Below the pieces are notes generated by a model, which searched no databases, was not told where the DNA came from, and saw nothing but the letters and a program-made list of their open reading frames with translations. Position numbers and translations under genes: made by a program. 64,000 nt of DNA, from NCBI GenBank assembly GCA_049320885.1, contig JBMORA010000042.1, positions 1 through 64,000 of the forward strand. The letters run 5' to 3'. Shown one piece after another: positions 18,793 through 28,282 of this stretch. This stretch comes from Thermodesulfobacteriota bacterium. Its GTDB lineage: Bacteria; Desulfobacterota; Desulfobacteria; Desulfobacterales; SURF-7. How positions within the stretch are numbered: the first letter of the stretch is position 1; every line of letters starts with the position of its first letter.

Positions 18793-19686
18793 ATGCGAAA
18801 ATTAAACCCGGAACCCCATATCGTTGGAAACCGGCTGCCCTTCAGGAATATTGCCTTTCTGCTGGCAGCGGCATTCCTGCTTGCCGCCTGCTCCGCCGGC
18901 AGTTATCTGACCACCCGCGACAAGGCTTGTTCCGTCTATGATCCCCAACCCGTCGCCAATCAAACGGTGGACTGGAAGGGGGCCTGCGAAGACGGACGTG
19001 CATACGGATACGGGACATTACTGGTCTACGAGCAGGAAAAGATCGTCTACCGATGCACGGGAACCATGTACGACGGTCATTTCGAAGGAGATGTGACTTT
19101 TGAAGTTTTCAAGGACGAACAACTCCATACGGAATATCTGGAGGACTGGAAGGGAGGCCATCCCGTGTCCCGGATTCAGAACCTGGCCCTGAAGCGCTTC
19201 CTTGCCGGAGCCGGGGACGCCAGGGAATACCTGCATCGCCTGAAGCTGTTTCGCCAGCAATATCCGGATGTCTGGATCGACGATTTTCATGATGTTCTGC
19301 AGGCGAAAACGCTTTTCGCCTGCCGGGAACTGGCTGCGGATGATCCGTCTCCGGTCTCCCCTGAATCCGTCGAGGGCGTCGGTGAAACCCCAAATCTGAT
19401 CCCGCGGAATGAATTGTTGCTTCGGATCGCCGCCGACGGCAAGCCGGGAAGCGGTTGCTATACCCTATACAACCATCGTATCGCCAGCCTGAAACAACTG
19501 GTCAGCGATCGATACAGGCCCGGAGGCCCGCAATTGCATATCGCCTGTCCGGACACCGCTTGTGAACGGCAGACGGTTCCGAAAGACCTGCCGCCGATCC
19601 CGGCCGGGTCGCCGGCTTCCAATCAGAAAACCGGCGCCTCGGAACCCCTTCCGGCGGCCTTCTTTTATCCGGCTAAACGCTATTGA
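18793..19686 (+). CDS. Hypothetical lipoprotein with MORN-like N-terminal region
   Basis: Lipobox LLAAC; WKGACEDGRAYGYGTL, YRCTGTMYDGHFEG. Start codon uncertain. Confidence 0.65.
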   Translation: MRKLNPEPHIVGNRLPFRNIAFLLAAAFLLAACSAGSYLTTRDKACSVYDPQPVANQTVDWKGACEDGRAYGYGTLLVYEQEKIVYRCTGTMYDGHFEGDVTFEVFKDEQLHTEYLEDWKGGHPVSRIQNLALKRFLAGAGDAREYLHRLKLFRQQYPDVWIDDFHDVLQAKTLFACRELAADDPSPVSPESVEGVGETPNLIPRNELLLRIAADGKPGSGCYTLYNHRIASLKQLVSDRYRPGGPQLHIACPDTACERQTVPKDLPPIPAGSPASNQKTGASEPLPAAFFYPAKRY

Positions 19687-20441
19687 CCGCCTTTTTCCGG
19701 TTTTTTCTCTTTTTCCTCGGGGAATAACTGCTGGATGGCCCGGGTGATGATGGCCGCCAGGGATTCCCCCGTCCTCCGGCTTTCGGCCTCCAGCAAATCG
19801 ACGATCTGCTGATCCAGGGAAACCGTGATTTCTCGGGTCTCCTCCCTGATATTCTTGCCGCCTTCCCACTTCCCCTTGATATAGGTTCCGTCCGGCCAGC
19901 GATACAGCCCCCGGCCATGCTGCAACCCGTCACGCCATTCGCCTTTATAATAGGAATTGTCGGATCCGAAATAGATCCCGTTTCCATGCCGCACGTCATT
20001 CCGCCATTCCCCTTCATAATAAGCACCGTTCTGCCAGCGATAAGCCCCATTCCCTTCACGGTTGCCGTTTTTCCACTCCCCTTCATAATAGGCCCCGTTG
20101 GGTCGCTTCAATGTCCCCCAGCCCGACCGCATTCCCTCGACCCAGTCGCCCTTATAGACATCGCCGTTGTGCCAGCTGTATGTCCCTTTCCCGTGGGGTT
20201 TGCCGTTCAGGAACTCGCCTTCGTACGTATCCTTTCCCTTGGCCAATCCCTTCCCGTTCGCCAGACCGTCCTTGCATTCCCCCTTATATTCCTGGGCAAT
20301 ATCCGGGTCCAATACGCGGCATTTCTGTTCCTCCGCCCCTTCGCAGACGGCAGCGACGGCAAACCAGAGCAGCAAAACGGTACAACCGTAACGGTATTCA
20401 GGCTTCTTCTTCAAAACGCTACTCCCATCCTGTTTTTTCAT
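19680..20441 (-). CDS. MORN-repeat protein with signal peptide and C-terminal ribbon-helix-helix-like tail
   Basis: YxGE(W/F)xxGxxxGxG repeats; tail EITVSLDQQIVDLLEAESRRTGESLAAIITRAIQQLF. Confidence 0.85.
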   Translation of the reverse strand: MKKQDGSSVLKKKPEYRYGCTVLLLWFAVAAVCEGAEEQKCRVLDPDIAQEYKGECKDGLANGKGLAKGKDTYEGEFLNGKPHGKGTYSWHNGDVYKGDWVEGMRSGWGTLKRPNGAYYEGEWKNGNREGNGAYRWQNGAYYEGEWRNDVRHGNGIYFGSDNSYYKGEWRDGLQHGRGLYRWPDGTYIKGKWEGGKNIREETREITVSLDQQIVDLLEAESRRTGESLAAIITRAIQQLFPEEKEKKPEKGGQ

Positions 20442-20708
20442 CCCGCGGACGGCTCCGGGCCGTCATTCCCGCTCCCGAGCCCCTTCCGGGAACCTGTTCG
20501 TCAGCTGCTGTGACCATACACAGCTTGTCGAAATAATGCAACATTCGTTGTGAATCGACACGACGGCCCGGGAGCGCCCGTTGCGCTATCTCCGCCAGGA
20601 ATATCATCCGACAATGGTGGTTGACGAACCCTTTCAATTGCGGGTATGAATCGAAATCGCCGTATCGGCTTGCCCATACCGGACCTCATTGATCGGACCA
20701 AAACGGCC

Positions 20709-22007
20709 ATGATCCTGTTGTACAATATCCTGATGCTCACTTTCCTGGTTCTCGGTCTGCCGGTGATCCTGCCGGTGATATTGGTGTCGCAGAAACGGCG
20801 AATGACCGCGCCGCGCCGCATGGGCCTGGGCCCGAACATCCGGTGGACACTCCGGCCCGCCGCACCGAAACCGATATGGGTTCATGCGCTTTCCGTGGGG
20901 GAGACCCTTTCCGCCCTGCCGCTGATGAAAGAGCTTGCCCTTCGATACGGCAGGGAACGCCTGGTGTTTTCCGTTTCCACCCAAACCGGATTCGAAATCG
21001 CCCGGCAGCACCTTTCGGAACACTCCGCCGGGATTTTTTTCTTTCCCTACGATCTGATTTTCTCCGTCCGCCTGCGGCTCCGACAAATCCAGCCAGCCAT
21101 TATCGTTATTGTCGAAACCGATATCTGGCCCAATTTTCTTCACTCAGCCGGGAGAAGAAGAATTCCCGTGGTTCTGATGAACGCCCGCTTGTCGGATCGC
21201 TCTTTCCGGGGGTACGGCCGTCTGAAAGGCCTGTTCCAGCCGGCGCTGGCCGTATTCAAGTGCATTGGCGTACAAACCGCCACGGACGCCGGACGATTCC
21301 AAACCCTGGGAGTTCCGGCGGATCGGATCCTGATCACCGGAAACATCAAGTATCACCAGACGATTCCGGAATCCGAGGCCGAAAACGTCCGCGATTTAAA
21401 GCGCGAGCTGCGGATTGATCCCGAACGAAAGATTTTGATCGCCGGAAGCACGCATCCGGAAGAGGAAGAACAGCTGATCATAGGATTCATGCTGGCCAGG
21501 GATCTCTTCCCGGACACCTTGTTCATCATTGCGCCACGGAATCCCTCCCGGGCCGGACAGGTTCAGCGCGCCTGCCGCAGACGGGGATTGACGACCCGCA
21601 CCCTGACGGATATCATGGCCGGCGATGGGGGAAAATCCCCGGAAGTGCTGATCGTCGACGTCATGGGAGCCCTCAGGCAATTGTATTCTATCTGTGATAT
21701 CGCTTTCGTGGGGGGCAGCCTGTCCGAAGGTCACGGCGGCCATAACCCCTTGGAGCCGGCGGCCTGGGCCAAACCGGTCCTGTTCGGTCCGGATATGCGG
21801 GATTTTCAAGAAATCGCGGAACAGCTTCGGGAATCCGGAGGCGCGGAAATCGTCAAAGACGCCCGACACTTTTCGGAAACGGTGGTTCGACTGTTCCACT
21901 CAACGGACAGGGCCGTAGAAATGGGCCGCAAGGCGCGCCTGATTTTTCAAGGCAGTCAGGGCGCCTTGGAAAAATCCCTGCAAATCATTGCCGAGCATAT
22001 ACGGTGA
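20709..22007 (+). CDS. waaA: 3-deoxy-D-manno-octulosonic acid (Kdo) transferase
   Basis: IWVHALSVGE, ETDIWPN, NARLSDRS, AGSTHPEEE, FVGGSL..GGHNPLEPA. Confidence 0.95.
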   Translation: MILLYNILMLTFLVLGLPVILPVILVSQKRRMTAPRRMGLGPNIRWTLRPAAPKPIWVHALSVGETLSALPLMKELALRYGRERLVFSVSTQTGFEIARQHLSEHSAGIFFFPYDLIFSVRLRLRQIQPAIIVIVETDIWPNFLHSAGRRRIPVVLMNARLSDRSFRGYGRLKGLFQPALAVFKCIGVQTATDAGRFQTLGVPADRILITGNIKYHQTIPESEAENVRDLKRELRIDPERKILIAGSTHPEEEEQLIIGFMLARDLFPDTLFIIAPRNPSRAGQVQRACRRRGLTTRTLTDIMAGDGGKSPEVLIVDVMGALRQLYSICDIAFVGGSLSEGHGGHNPLEPAAWAKPVLFGPDMRDFQEIAEQLRESGGAEIVKDARHFSETVVRLFHSTDRAVEMGRKARLIFQGSQGALEKSLQIIAEHIR

Positions 22008-22012
22008 GGTGA

Positions 22013-23164
22013 ATGGGAAAACGGATGCAGACCATCGAACGCATCGTCGACGGACGGGAATCCCCGGGGCCTGTCCTTTCAGCAAGCCTGCATCTGCTGT
22101 CTCTCGCTTATGAATCCGCCGTTCGATTGCGACTGCTTTGCTACCGCCACTCCACGCTCCGCCGCCGCCTGCCCTGCCGGATCGTTTCCATCGGCAACCT
22201 CACCGTCGGCGGCACCGGCAAGACCCCCATGACCCAGTACGCAGCCATTCTATGCCGTTCGCTGGGATACAAAGTAGTAGTGGTCAGCCGCGGATACAAA
22301 GGCGCGGCGGAAAAACGGGGCGGCGTTGTGAGCGACGGCGGAACCCTGCGGATGACCGCGGCGGAAGCCGGGGACGAACCTTTTTTAATCGCCTCCAGCC
22401 TGCCCGGCATTCCCGTACTCGTTGGCCGGGACCGGTTTGCCGCAGGGATGCGGGCCGTAACAGAATTCCAACCGGATGTAATCCTACTGGATGACGCCTT
22501 TCAACATCTTCGACTGGAACGGGATATCGATCTCGTCCTGCTTGACCGAAGCCGCCCATTGGGGAACGGATATCTACTGCCGCGCGGCCCCTTGCGGGAA
22601 CCATTGGCCGCCCTCTCCCGGGGGGATGCGTTTATCTTCACCCGCGCAGACGGGGCCGCCGGGGCGTTACCCGTCCGCCTGAGGAACCGTATCGCCGGAA
22701 AACCATCCTTTGAAACCGTTCACCGGCCGTACATCGCCGCCGTCATTTGCCCGACGTCCGTTCCACCGGCGGCGCCATCGGCCGGACTGGAGCCACCCTC
22801 CATGGCCGCCCTCGAAAACCGGCGGGTTTTTCTTTTCTCCGGGATCGCCAGGGGAAAGGACTTCCGGGAAACCATCCGGGAACACGGTGCGGTCATCGCC
22901 GCCTCCCTGGAATTCGGGGACCACCATGCCTATTCCGCAGCGGATCTCGACAAAATACGAAAAGCGGCCAGTGACTCCCGGGCGGAAATCATGATAACCA
23001 CGGAAAAGGACTTTGCGCGCATCGGCGGCGATAAGGTTTGGCCGATGGAACTCTATGTCATCGGCGTCCGTATTGATTTCAGGGAAAGGGCCGATGAATT
23101 CGAGGCGTTTTTCCGGCGAAAACTCGCCGGCGCCGATCATCCGCAACAAACGGAACCGACATGA
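22013..23164 (+). CDS. lpxK: Tetraacyldisaccharide 4'-kinase
   Basis: SIGNLTVGGTGKTP, SRGY, GDEP, LDDAFQH, LLPRGPLREP, TTEKD. Confidence 0.96.
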   Translation: MGKRMQTIERIVDGRESPGPVLSASLHLLSLAYESAVRLRLLCYRHSTLRRRLPCRIVSIGNLTVGGTGKTPMTQYAAILCRSLGYKVVVVSRGYKGAAEKRGGVVSDGGTLRMTAAEAGDEPFLIASSLPGIPVLVGRDRFAAGMRAVTEFQPDVILLDDAFQHLRLERDIDLVLLDRSRPLGNGYLLPRGPLREPLAALSRGDAFIFTRADGAAGALPVRLRNRIAGKPSFETVHRPYIAAVICPTSVPPAAPSAGLEPPSMAALENRRVFLFSGIARGKDFRETIREHGAVIAASLEFGDHHAYSAADLDKIRKAASDSRAEIMITTEKDFARIGGDKVWPMELYVIGVRIDFRERADEFEAFFRRKLAGADHPQQTEPT

Positions 23165-24117
23165 CACCGCTTTTCATAACCGCCTTCTTCGACGGCCGAC
23201 TGGGCCATGAAAAACAAACCAAAGGTATCTTACAGGCCCTTTCCGGGTTGACCCCCGTCCGAATTCAGACGCTCCGGCATCCGGCTTCCGGCTTCCGCAA
23301 CGGTTTTCAGGACTGGCGCCTTTTTTTGCAGTCCCGGATAGTTTCCGTCCGGAAGGAGGAAGGACAGCCCCAATCCGATCTGATCATCGGCACCGGTTCC
23401 CGCATCCATATCCCCATGGTGTTATACAAAGAACAGTATGGCGGAAGGCTGGTCACCTGCATGACTCCGGACCCGATTTTCCGGAGGCGGATGGATCTTT
23501 GCTTCATTCCCCGTCATGACAACCCAAGACCGGCCGGCAATATTTTCGTCACCATTGGCCCCCCCAACACCGCCATGCGGCAGGACCGTCATGACAGCCG
23601 GAAAGGATTGATCCTGGTCGGCGGAATCGATCATAAAAGCCATCGCTGGGACTCCGCCCGGCTCATGATCCAGATCCGGCACCTGACGGCCGCGGAAAAT
23701 TTCGGGTCATGGACGATTTCTTCCTCGCCGCGGACCCCCCCGGAAATGCTGCGGCTCCTGACCGCCTTTGCTGCGGAAACCCCCCGCATTGTGTTTGTGG
23801 AATCCAAGGACACACCGGACGGCTGGATCGAGGACGCCTATGCCGCCCACGAATCCGTCTGGGTCACGGCGGACAGCATATCGATGATTTATGAGGCGCT
23901 TACGGCGGGATGCCATGTGGGTATTCTGCCGGTTTTGTGGAAACGCATGGAAAACAAGTTTCAGCAAAGCCTGGCGTATCTGGTTGAACAGGGTCTGGCG
24001 ACTACCTTCGAGGACTGGAGCGCCGGCCGGCCCCTGTCCGCGCCACGGCCGCCGTTGGATGAGGCGTCCCGTTGCGCCAGGGAAATCCTGGCGAGATGGT
24101 GGCCGGAACGATTATGA
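23161..24117 (+). CDS. ELM1/GtrOC1-family putative glycosyltransferase
   Basis: DGRLGHEKQ, IPRHD, LILVGG, SSPRTP, VWVTADSISMIYEAL. Confidence 0.85.
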   Translation: MTPLFITAFFDGRLGHEKQTKGILQALSGLTPVRIQTLRHPASGFRNGFQDWRLFLQSRIVSVRKEEGQPQSDLIIGTGSRIHIPMVLYKEQYGGRLVTCMTPDPIFRRRMDLCFIPRHDNPRPAGNIFVTIGPPNTAMRQDRHDSRKGLILVGGIDHKSHRWDSARLMIQIRHLTAAENFGSWTISSSPRTPPEMLRLLTAFAAETPRIVFVESKDTPDGWIEDAYAAHESVWVTADSISMIYEALTAGCHVGILPVLWKRMENKFQQSLAYLVEQGLATTFEDWSAGRPLSAPRPPLDEASRCAREILARWWPERL

Positions 24118-24139
24118 AGAAGATGGGGGCAGCCGCCTG

Positions 24140-24652
24140 TCAGCCCCTGCGACGATCCCACCCTCTCCTCCGGTCATCCAGCTCGATGGATTCCAGACCA
24201 TCGGGGTCGGGATGCTGCATTTTCCGGCGATCCCTTCCGCTTCTTCGGTCTTGAACCGTACCCCTGGCATACGTATTGATGAAGGCTTCCAATTGAAATA
24301 TCTGATAAGAGGTCAGATCGACAAAACGCACGCTCCGATTACGGATGACTTTATCATCCGGTAATACCGCCACTTCGAAATCCGCGATGGTCTCGAAACG
24401 GATTTTTTCCACCTGAATGCCGTCGGGGGTTACGGAAATGGAAAGCTCCCGGCATTTCCTCCGTCTTTCCTTGCTGTCGATATACTGGACCATCAGTCCC
24501 CGTTGACTGATATTGAGCAAGGGCCCCAGCTCGATGGTTTTTGTCCACCCGAAACCCCGTAAAACCGGCTGATGCAGGACAACCATCGAACCGCTCCTGA
24601 CGATGAACCGTTTCCATTTCCTGCGGCGTGTCCCGCCTTGCTGATGATTCAT
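24140..24652 (-). CDS. PilZ-like domain protein
   Basis: RKWKR and NISQRG resemble RxxxR and D/NxSxxG; C-terminal DRRSGRDRR-type motifs. Confidence 0.6.
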   Translation of the reverse strand: MNHQQGGTRRRKWKRFIVRSGSMVVLHQPVLRGFGWTKTIELGPLLNISQRGLMVQYIDSKERRRKCRELSISVTPDGIQVEKIRFETIADFEVAVLPDDKVIRNRSVRFVDLTSYQIFQLEAFINTYARGTVQDRRSGRDRRKMQHPDPDGLESIELDDRRRGWDRRRG

Positions 24653-24750
24653 TCCCCGATCCTGTCTGAAAATCCCGTCTCATTCATTCCGGTGGTCGCC
24701 ACCGGACATCATCTCCGTTCGAAATTCCATCAGACCGTGACGTGCTGATG

Positions 24751-24987
24751 CTACCGGGCGGAAATTTCGCCGCGCAACAGTTTTTTGAATCCTTCCAGCG
24801 TCCCTTTCCATACCGCGGCCTCACCCGCCATTACCGCCACGATCACATCTTTTTCGACGCTGACTTCCAGCACCAGCTCTTCCTCACCGATTCGAAACAC
24901 CGCTTCGCCCCATCTCTCCGCCGGCAATCCGGCTGCCTCACAGTCAAAATCAGTCCGCATTTCACCAGTCATCCTGATTGTCGCCAT
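24751..24987 (-). CDS. Small hypothetical protein
   Basis: 78-aa ORF with RBS GGGAGG and protein-like composition. Confidence 0.7.
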   Translation of the reverse strand: MATIRMTGEMRTDFDCEAAGLPAERWGEAVFRIGEEELVLEVSVEKDVIVAVMAGEAAVWKGTLEGFKKLLRGEISAR

Positions 24988-25356
24988 TTCACCCTCCCCA
25001 ACGTCAAAAATTCCGTTTTCACGTTATCCGACGGGTTGCGCCCGAAACGGGTTTTTGTCCCGGCCCCGGAGACCTGCGATACCGTTTCAATATCCATTGC
25101 GAATATGCCTTTTTGAAGAGGGAAAATCAATTGGATTCCGTCTTTCTTCCACCGCCTTGGGATTGTCGGCGCAACTGAGCGAGCGTTCGTTATTTTTCAT
25201 TGACTCTCCTTCCTGAAACCGTTACATACAGTCGATATGGACGTTTCGATATCCACCGCCTGACGGGAACGAGGCCGGTCAACCGGTTCCAGCCGGCAGC
25301 GCACCAAGATGACATCAACCATATTGGGAAGCCATTCATAAGGGGAGAGCCGCCGT

Positions 25357-26919
25357 ATGCCCTTCGAAGCACAGATGAACATCCTGAATGAAAAAAAGCA
25401 AAGAGCCCTGGCCATGGGCGGGCAGCCGAAAATCGACCGCCAGCACCAAAAGGGCCGACTGACCGCCAGGGAACGGATCCACAGGGTTCTCGACCCGGAC
25501 TCGTTTTTCGAGGTGGGCATGTTCAACCACTCCGATGTTCCGGGCATGGAGGATAAAACCCCGGCCGACAGCAAGGTGGGCGGATATGGGAAAATCGACG
25601 GACGCCAGGTGGTCATCACCGCCAATGATTTTACCGTGCTGGCGGCCACCTCAAGCCGCATCGCCGGACGCAAGGAAGGAGAGTTGAAAGTCATGGCTTC
25701 CCGGAAAGGGTATCCGGTTATTTATCTGGGAGAAGCCGGCGGGGCCAGAATGCCCGATATTATGGGAGCGCGCGGGCTGACTTCCTTCGGCGGCGGGTAT
25801 TTTGAAGCTTATCTGCAGATCATGAGCCGGGTGCGCCAGACACCGATGATTACGGCGATCATGGGGGAATGTTACGGCATGCCCACCTGGATGGCCTGCC
25901 TGTCCGATTTTGTGGTCCAGGTGAAAGGCAGCGCCATGGGGGTTTCCGGCCCGCGGGTTTTGGAGCTGGCCCTGGGTGAAAAAGTTACCGATGAAGAACT
26001 CGGGGGCTGGCAGGTGCATGCGGAAATCACCGGGAACATCGATATGGTGGTGGAAAACGAGACCGATTGTTTTGCCGCCATCCGACGCTATCTGTCCTAT
26101 ATGCCGTCCCACAACGGCGAACTTCCGCCGGAAGCCCCGATTCCAGAGGATTCTGGAACCGACATGGAAAGGATCCTGGATCTGCTTCCCGAAAAACGCA
26201 ACCGTACCTACGACATGCATCTGATCTTGAACCGCATCGTGGACACGGGCAGTCTCTTCCCCATCAAACCCCTGTTCGGCAAATCCGTCATCACGGCGCT
26301 GGCCCGCATGGCCGGCAGCGTGGTGGGCGTCATCGCCAGCCAGCCCATGTTCAATGCCGGGGCCATGGATACCGACGGTATCGACAAGGTGGTCAGTTTC
26401 CTTTGTCTCTGCGATTCATTCAACATCCCGTTGCTGTTTTTTCATGATATTCCCGGCTTCCTGGTGGGAAAGGAGGCCGAGCAGAAACGCGTGGCCGCCA
26501 AGGTGATGAATTATATGAACGCCCTGGCCCTCTTGACGGTTCCGAAAATATCCGTCATCATCCGCAAAACATATGGAATGGCTTTCTGGAACATGTGCGG
26601 TTCCGGGTGCGGCGCCGATTTCCTGGTGGCCTGGCCCACGGCCGAAATGAGCTTTGTGGATCCGGCCATTGCGGCCAACGTGGTATATGGCGGAAAACTA
26701 TCCATGGCCGACCGCCGGTCGGATGAATGGGCAGCCCTGTTCCAGCAGATGGTGGACGACGCTTCCCCCTTCGGGGCCGCGGGACACCATCATATCCATG
26801 ATGTAATCGACCCCTCGACGACACGGGACTATCTCATCCGGGCGCTTGAAATCGCCCGCGGCAGCCGCACCGGGGGAATCGGTGAGCACCGGCTGGCCAA
26901 TTGGCCGACAAAATTCTGA
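25357..26919 (+). CDS. Acyl-CoA carboxylase/decarboxylase, carboxyltransferase (beta) subunit
   Basis: QHQKGRLTARERI, DFTVLA, GGARM, FNIPLLFFHDIPGFLVG, IIRKTYG, AWPTAE. Confidence 0.92.
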   Translation: MPFEAQMNILNEKKQRALAMGGQPKIDRQHQKGRLTARERIHRVLDPDSFFEVGMFNHSDVPGMEDKTPADSKVGGYGKIDGRQVVITANDFTVLAATSSRIAGRKEGELKVMASRKGYPVIYLGEAGGARMPDIMGARGLTSFGGGYFEAYLQIMSRVRQTPMITAIMGECYGMPTWMACLSDFVVQVKGSAMGVSGPRVLELALGEKVTDEELGGWQVHAEITGNIDMVVENETDCFAAIRRYLSYMPSHNGELPPEAPIPEDSGTDMERILDLLPEKRNRTYDMHLILNRIVDTGSLFPIKPLFGKSVITALARMAGSVVGVIASQPMFNAGAMDTDGIDKVVSFLCLCDSFNIPLLFFHDIPGFLVGKEAEQKRVAAKVMNYMNALALLTVPKISVIIRKTYGMAFWNMCGSGCGADFLVAWPTAEMSFVDPAIAANVVYGGKLSMADRRSDEWAALFQQMVDDASPFGAAGHHHIHDVIDPSTTRDYLIRALEIARGSRTGGIGEHRLANWPTKF

Positions 26920-26931
26920 AGGGAGGATGGT

Positions 26932-27705
26932 TTGGAAACACCGGGCGGCGAACGGCGGATACGACTGGACGGGGCGGTCAATTTCAGGGATCTCGGGGGA
27001 TATGAGACCACCGACGGCCGGCAAACCAGGTGGGGGATGATGTTCCGGTCCGACAGCCTGGCGAAGTTGACTGAAAACGATCTTTCGACCATCTCCCGGA
27101 TCGGCATCCGCCAGGTATGCGATTTCCGGTCCCCGGCCGAAGTGGAGAAGGCGCCGGATCGACTGCCGGAAAACGGTGTGGCCTATCTGCACCTTCCAGT
27201 GGTCAGCAGCGATTTCGACACCGTAACCGCCCTGGAAAGGTTGAAAAAAGGGGACACCGGTTGGCTTACCCCGACTTTCATGATCGACGGCTACCGGAAA
27301 AACATCGACACATACGCCGGGATATGGGGCACCGTCGTGAACAAGCTGGCCCGGCCCGAAAGTCGTCCGCTCCTGTTTCACTGCACGGCGGGGAAAGACC
27401 GCACCGGCGTCTGCGCAGCCCTGATCCTGTCCTTGCTCCGCGTACCGGAAGAAACCATCATCGAAGACCATGCTCTTTCCAACCGGTATTTTGCGGAAAC
27501 CGTCGTTTCCATCAATCAATACCTTCAGACCCTCGGGATTGATCCCGACATCGTCGCCCCCTACCTCACCGCCCCAAAAGAAGCAATTGTATTTATTCTG
27601 GATTATATCCGGAAACAATTCGGCGACGCAGCCGGTTACTTACGGCAAAAAGGAGGGGTCTCACGGGAAGCGATCACCACATTGACGACCGCACTGCTGG
27701 TATGA
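26932..27705 (+). CDS. Tyrosine-protein phosphatase (Y_phosphatase3 / IphP-like)
   Basis: NFRDLGGY, DFRSPAE, P-loop HCTAGKDRTG. Confidence 0.93.
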   Translation: METPGGERRIRLDGAVNFRDLGGYETTDGRQTRWGMMFRSDSLAKLTENDLSTISRIGIRQVCDFRSPAEVEKAPDRLPENGVAYLHLPVVSSDFDTVTALERLKKGDTGWLTPTFMIDGYRKNIDTYAGIWGTVVNKLARPESRPLLFHCTAGKDRTGVCAALILSLLRVPEETIIEDHALSNRYFAETVVSINQYLQTLGIDPDIVAPYLTAPKEAIVFILDYIRKQFGDAAGYLRQKGGVSREAITTLTTALLV

Positions 27706-27825
27706 GCCGTTACGGCGCTTGTCCATGGCAAGAGGGGATTGCCACCGGCCGGCCGTCACTTGTCGGAGCACCCATGGAGGAATCGAAACAAGGCTTCCGG
27801 AAATGTTTCAGCGGAATCGCCTGGT

Positions 27826-27851
27826 AAAAACAGGCGGCGGGTACCGCCACC
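27826..27851 (-). terminator. Rho-independent terminator after the cold-shock gene
   Basis: Minus strand GGTGGCGG-TAC-CCGCCGCC followed by TGTTTTT. Confidence 0.65.
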
Positions 27852-27856
27852 GGTTA

Positions 27857-28057
27857 TCACACAACGGTCACATTAACCGCCGTGGGACCTTTTTTCCCCT
27901 GCTCGATTTCAAATTTCACCCGATCGCCTTCCGCCAGGGATTTAAAACCGGTGCCGTTGATGTTGGAATGATGTACAAAGACATCCGGTCCGCCTTCCTG
28001 CTCGATGAAACCGTACCCTTTCTTGTCGCTGAACCATTTTACAATGCCTTCCGCCAT
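27857..28057 (-). CDS. Cold-shock protein (CspA family)
   Basis: [25 protein letters not shown]; 66 aa. Confidence 0.96.
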   Translation of the reverse strand: MAEGIVKWFSDKKGYGFIEQEGGPDVFVHHSNINGTGFKSLAEGDRVKFEIEQGKKGPTAVNVTVV

Positions 28058-28282
28058 TGGAAAAATCTCCTCTTCTTCAATTATGGGCTTCCATGCCATC
28101 CGGAAGGGCAAATGCCGGCAGCCCGGGCCCGTCTTTCCCCCCGGATGGATGGGAATATCCTTTTCTTACGGAATTACATTTGTCAAGTCATTTATACCAA
28201 TGCTATAGGTATTTTTTTTCATTGGAACGCGTCAACCCGGGACGGCGCCGTCGAACCCGTTGCCGTATTGCATGGATAGCTT

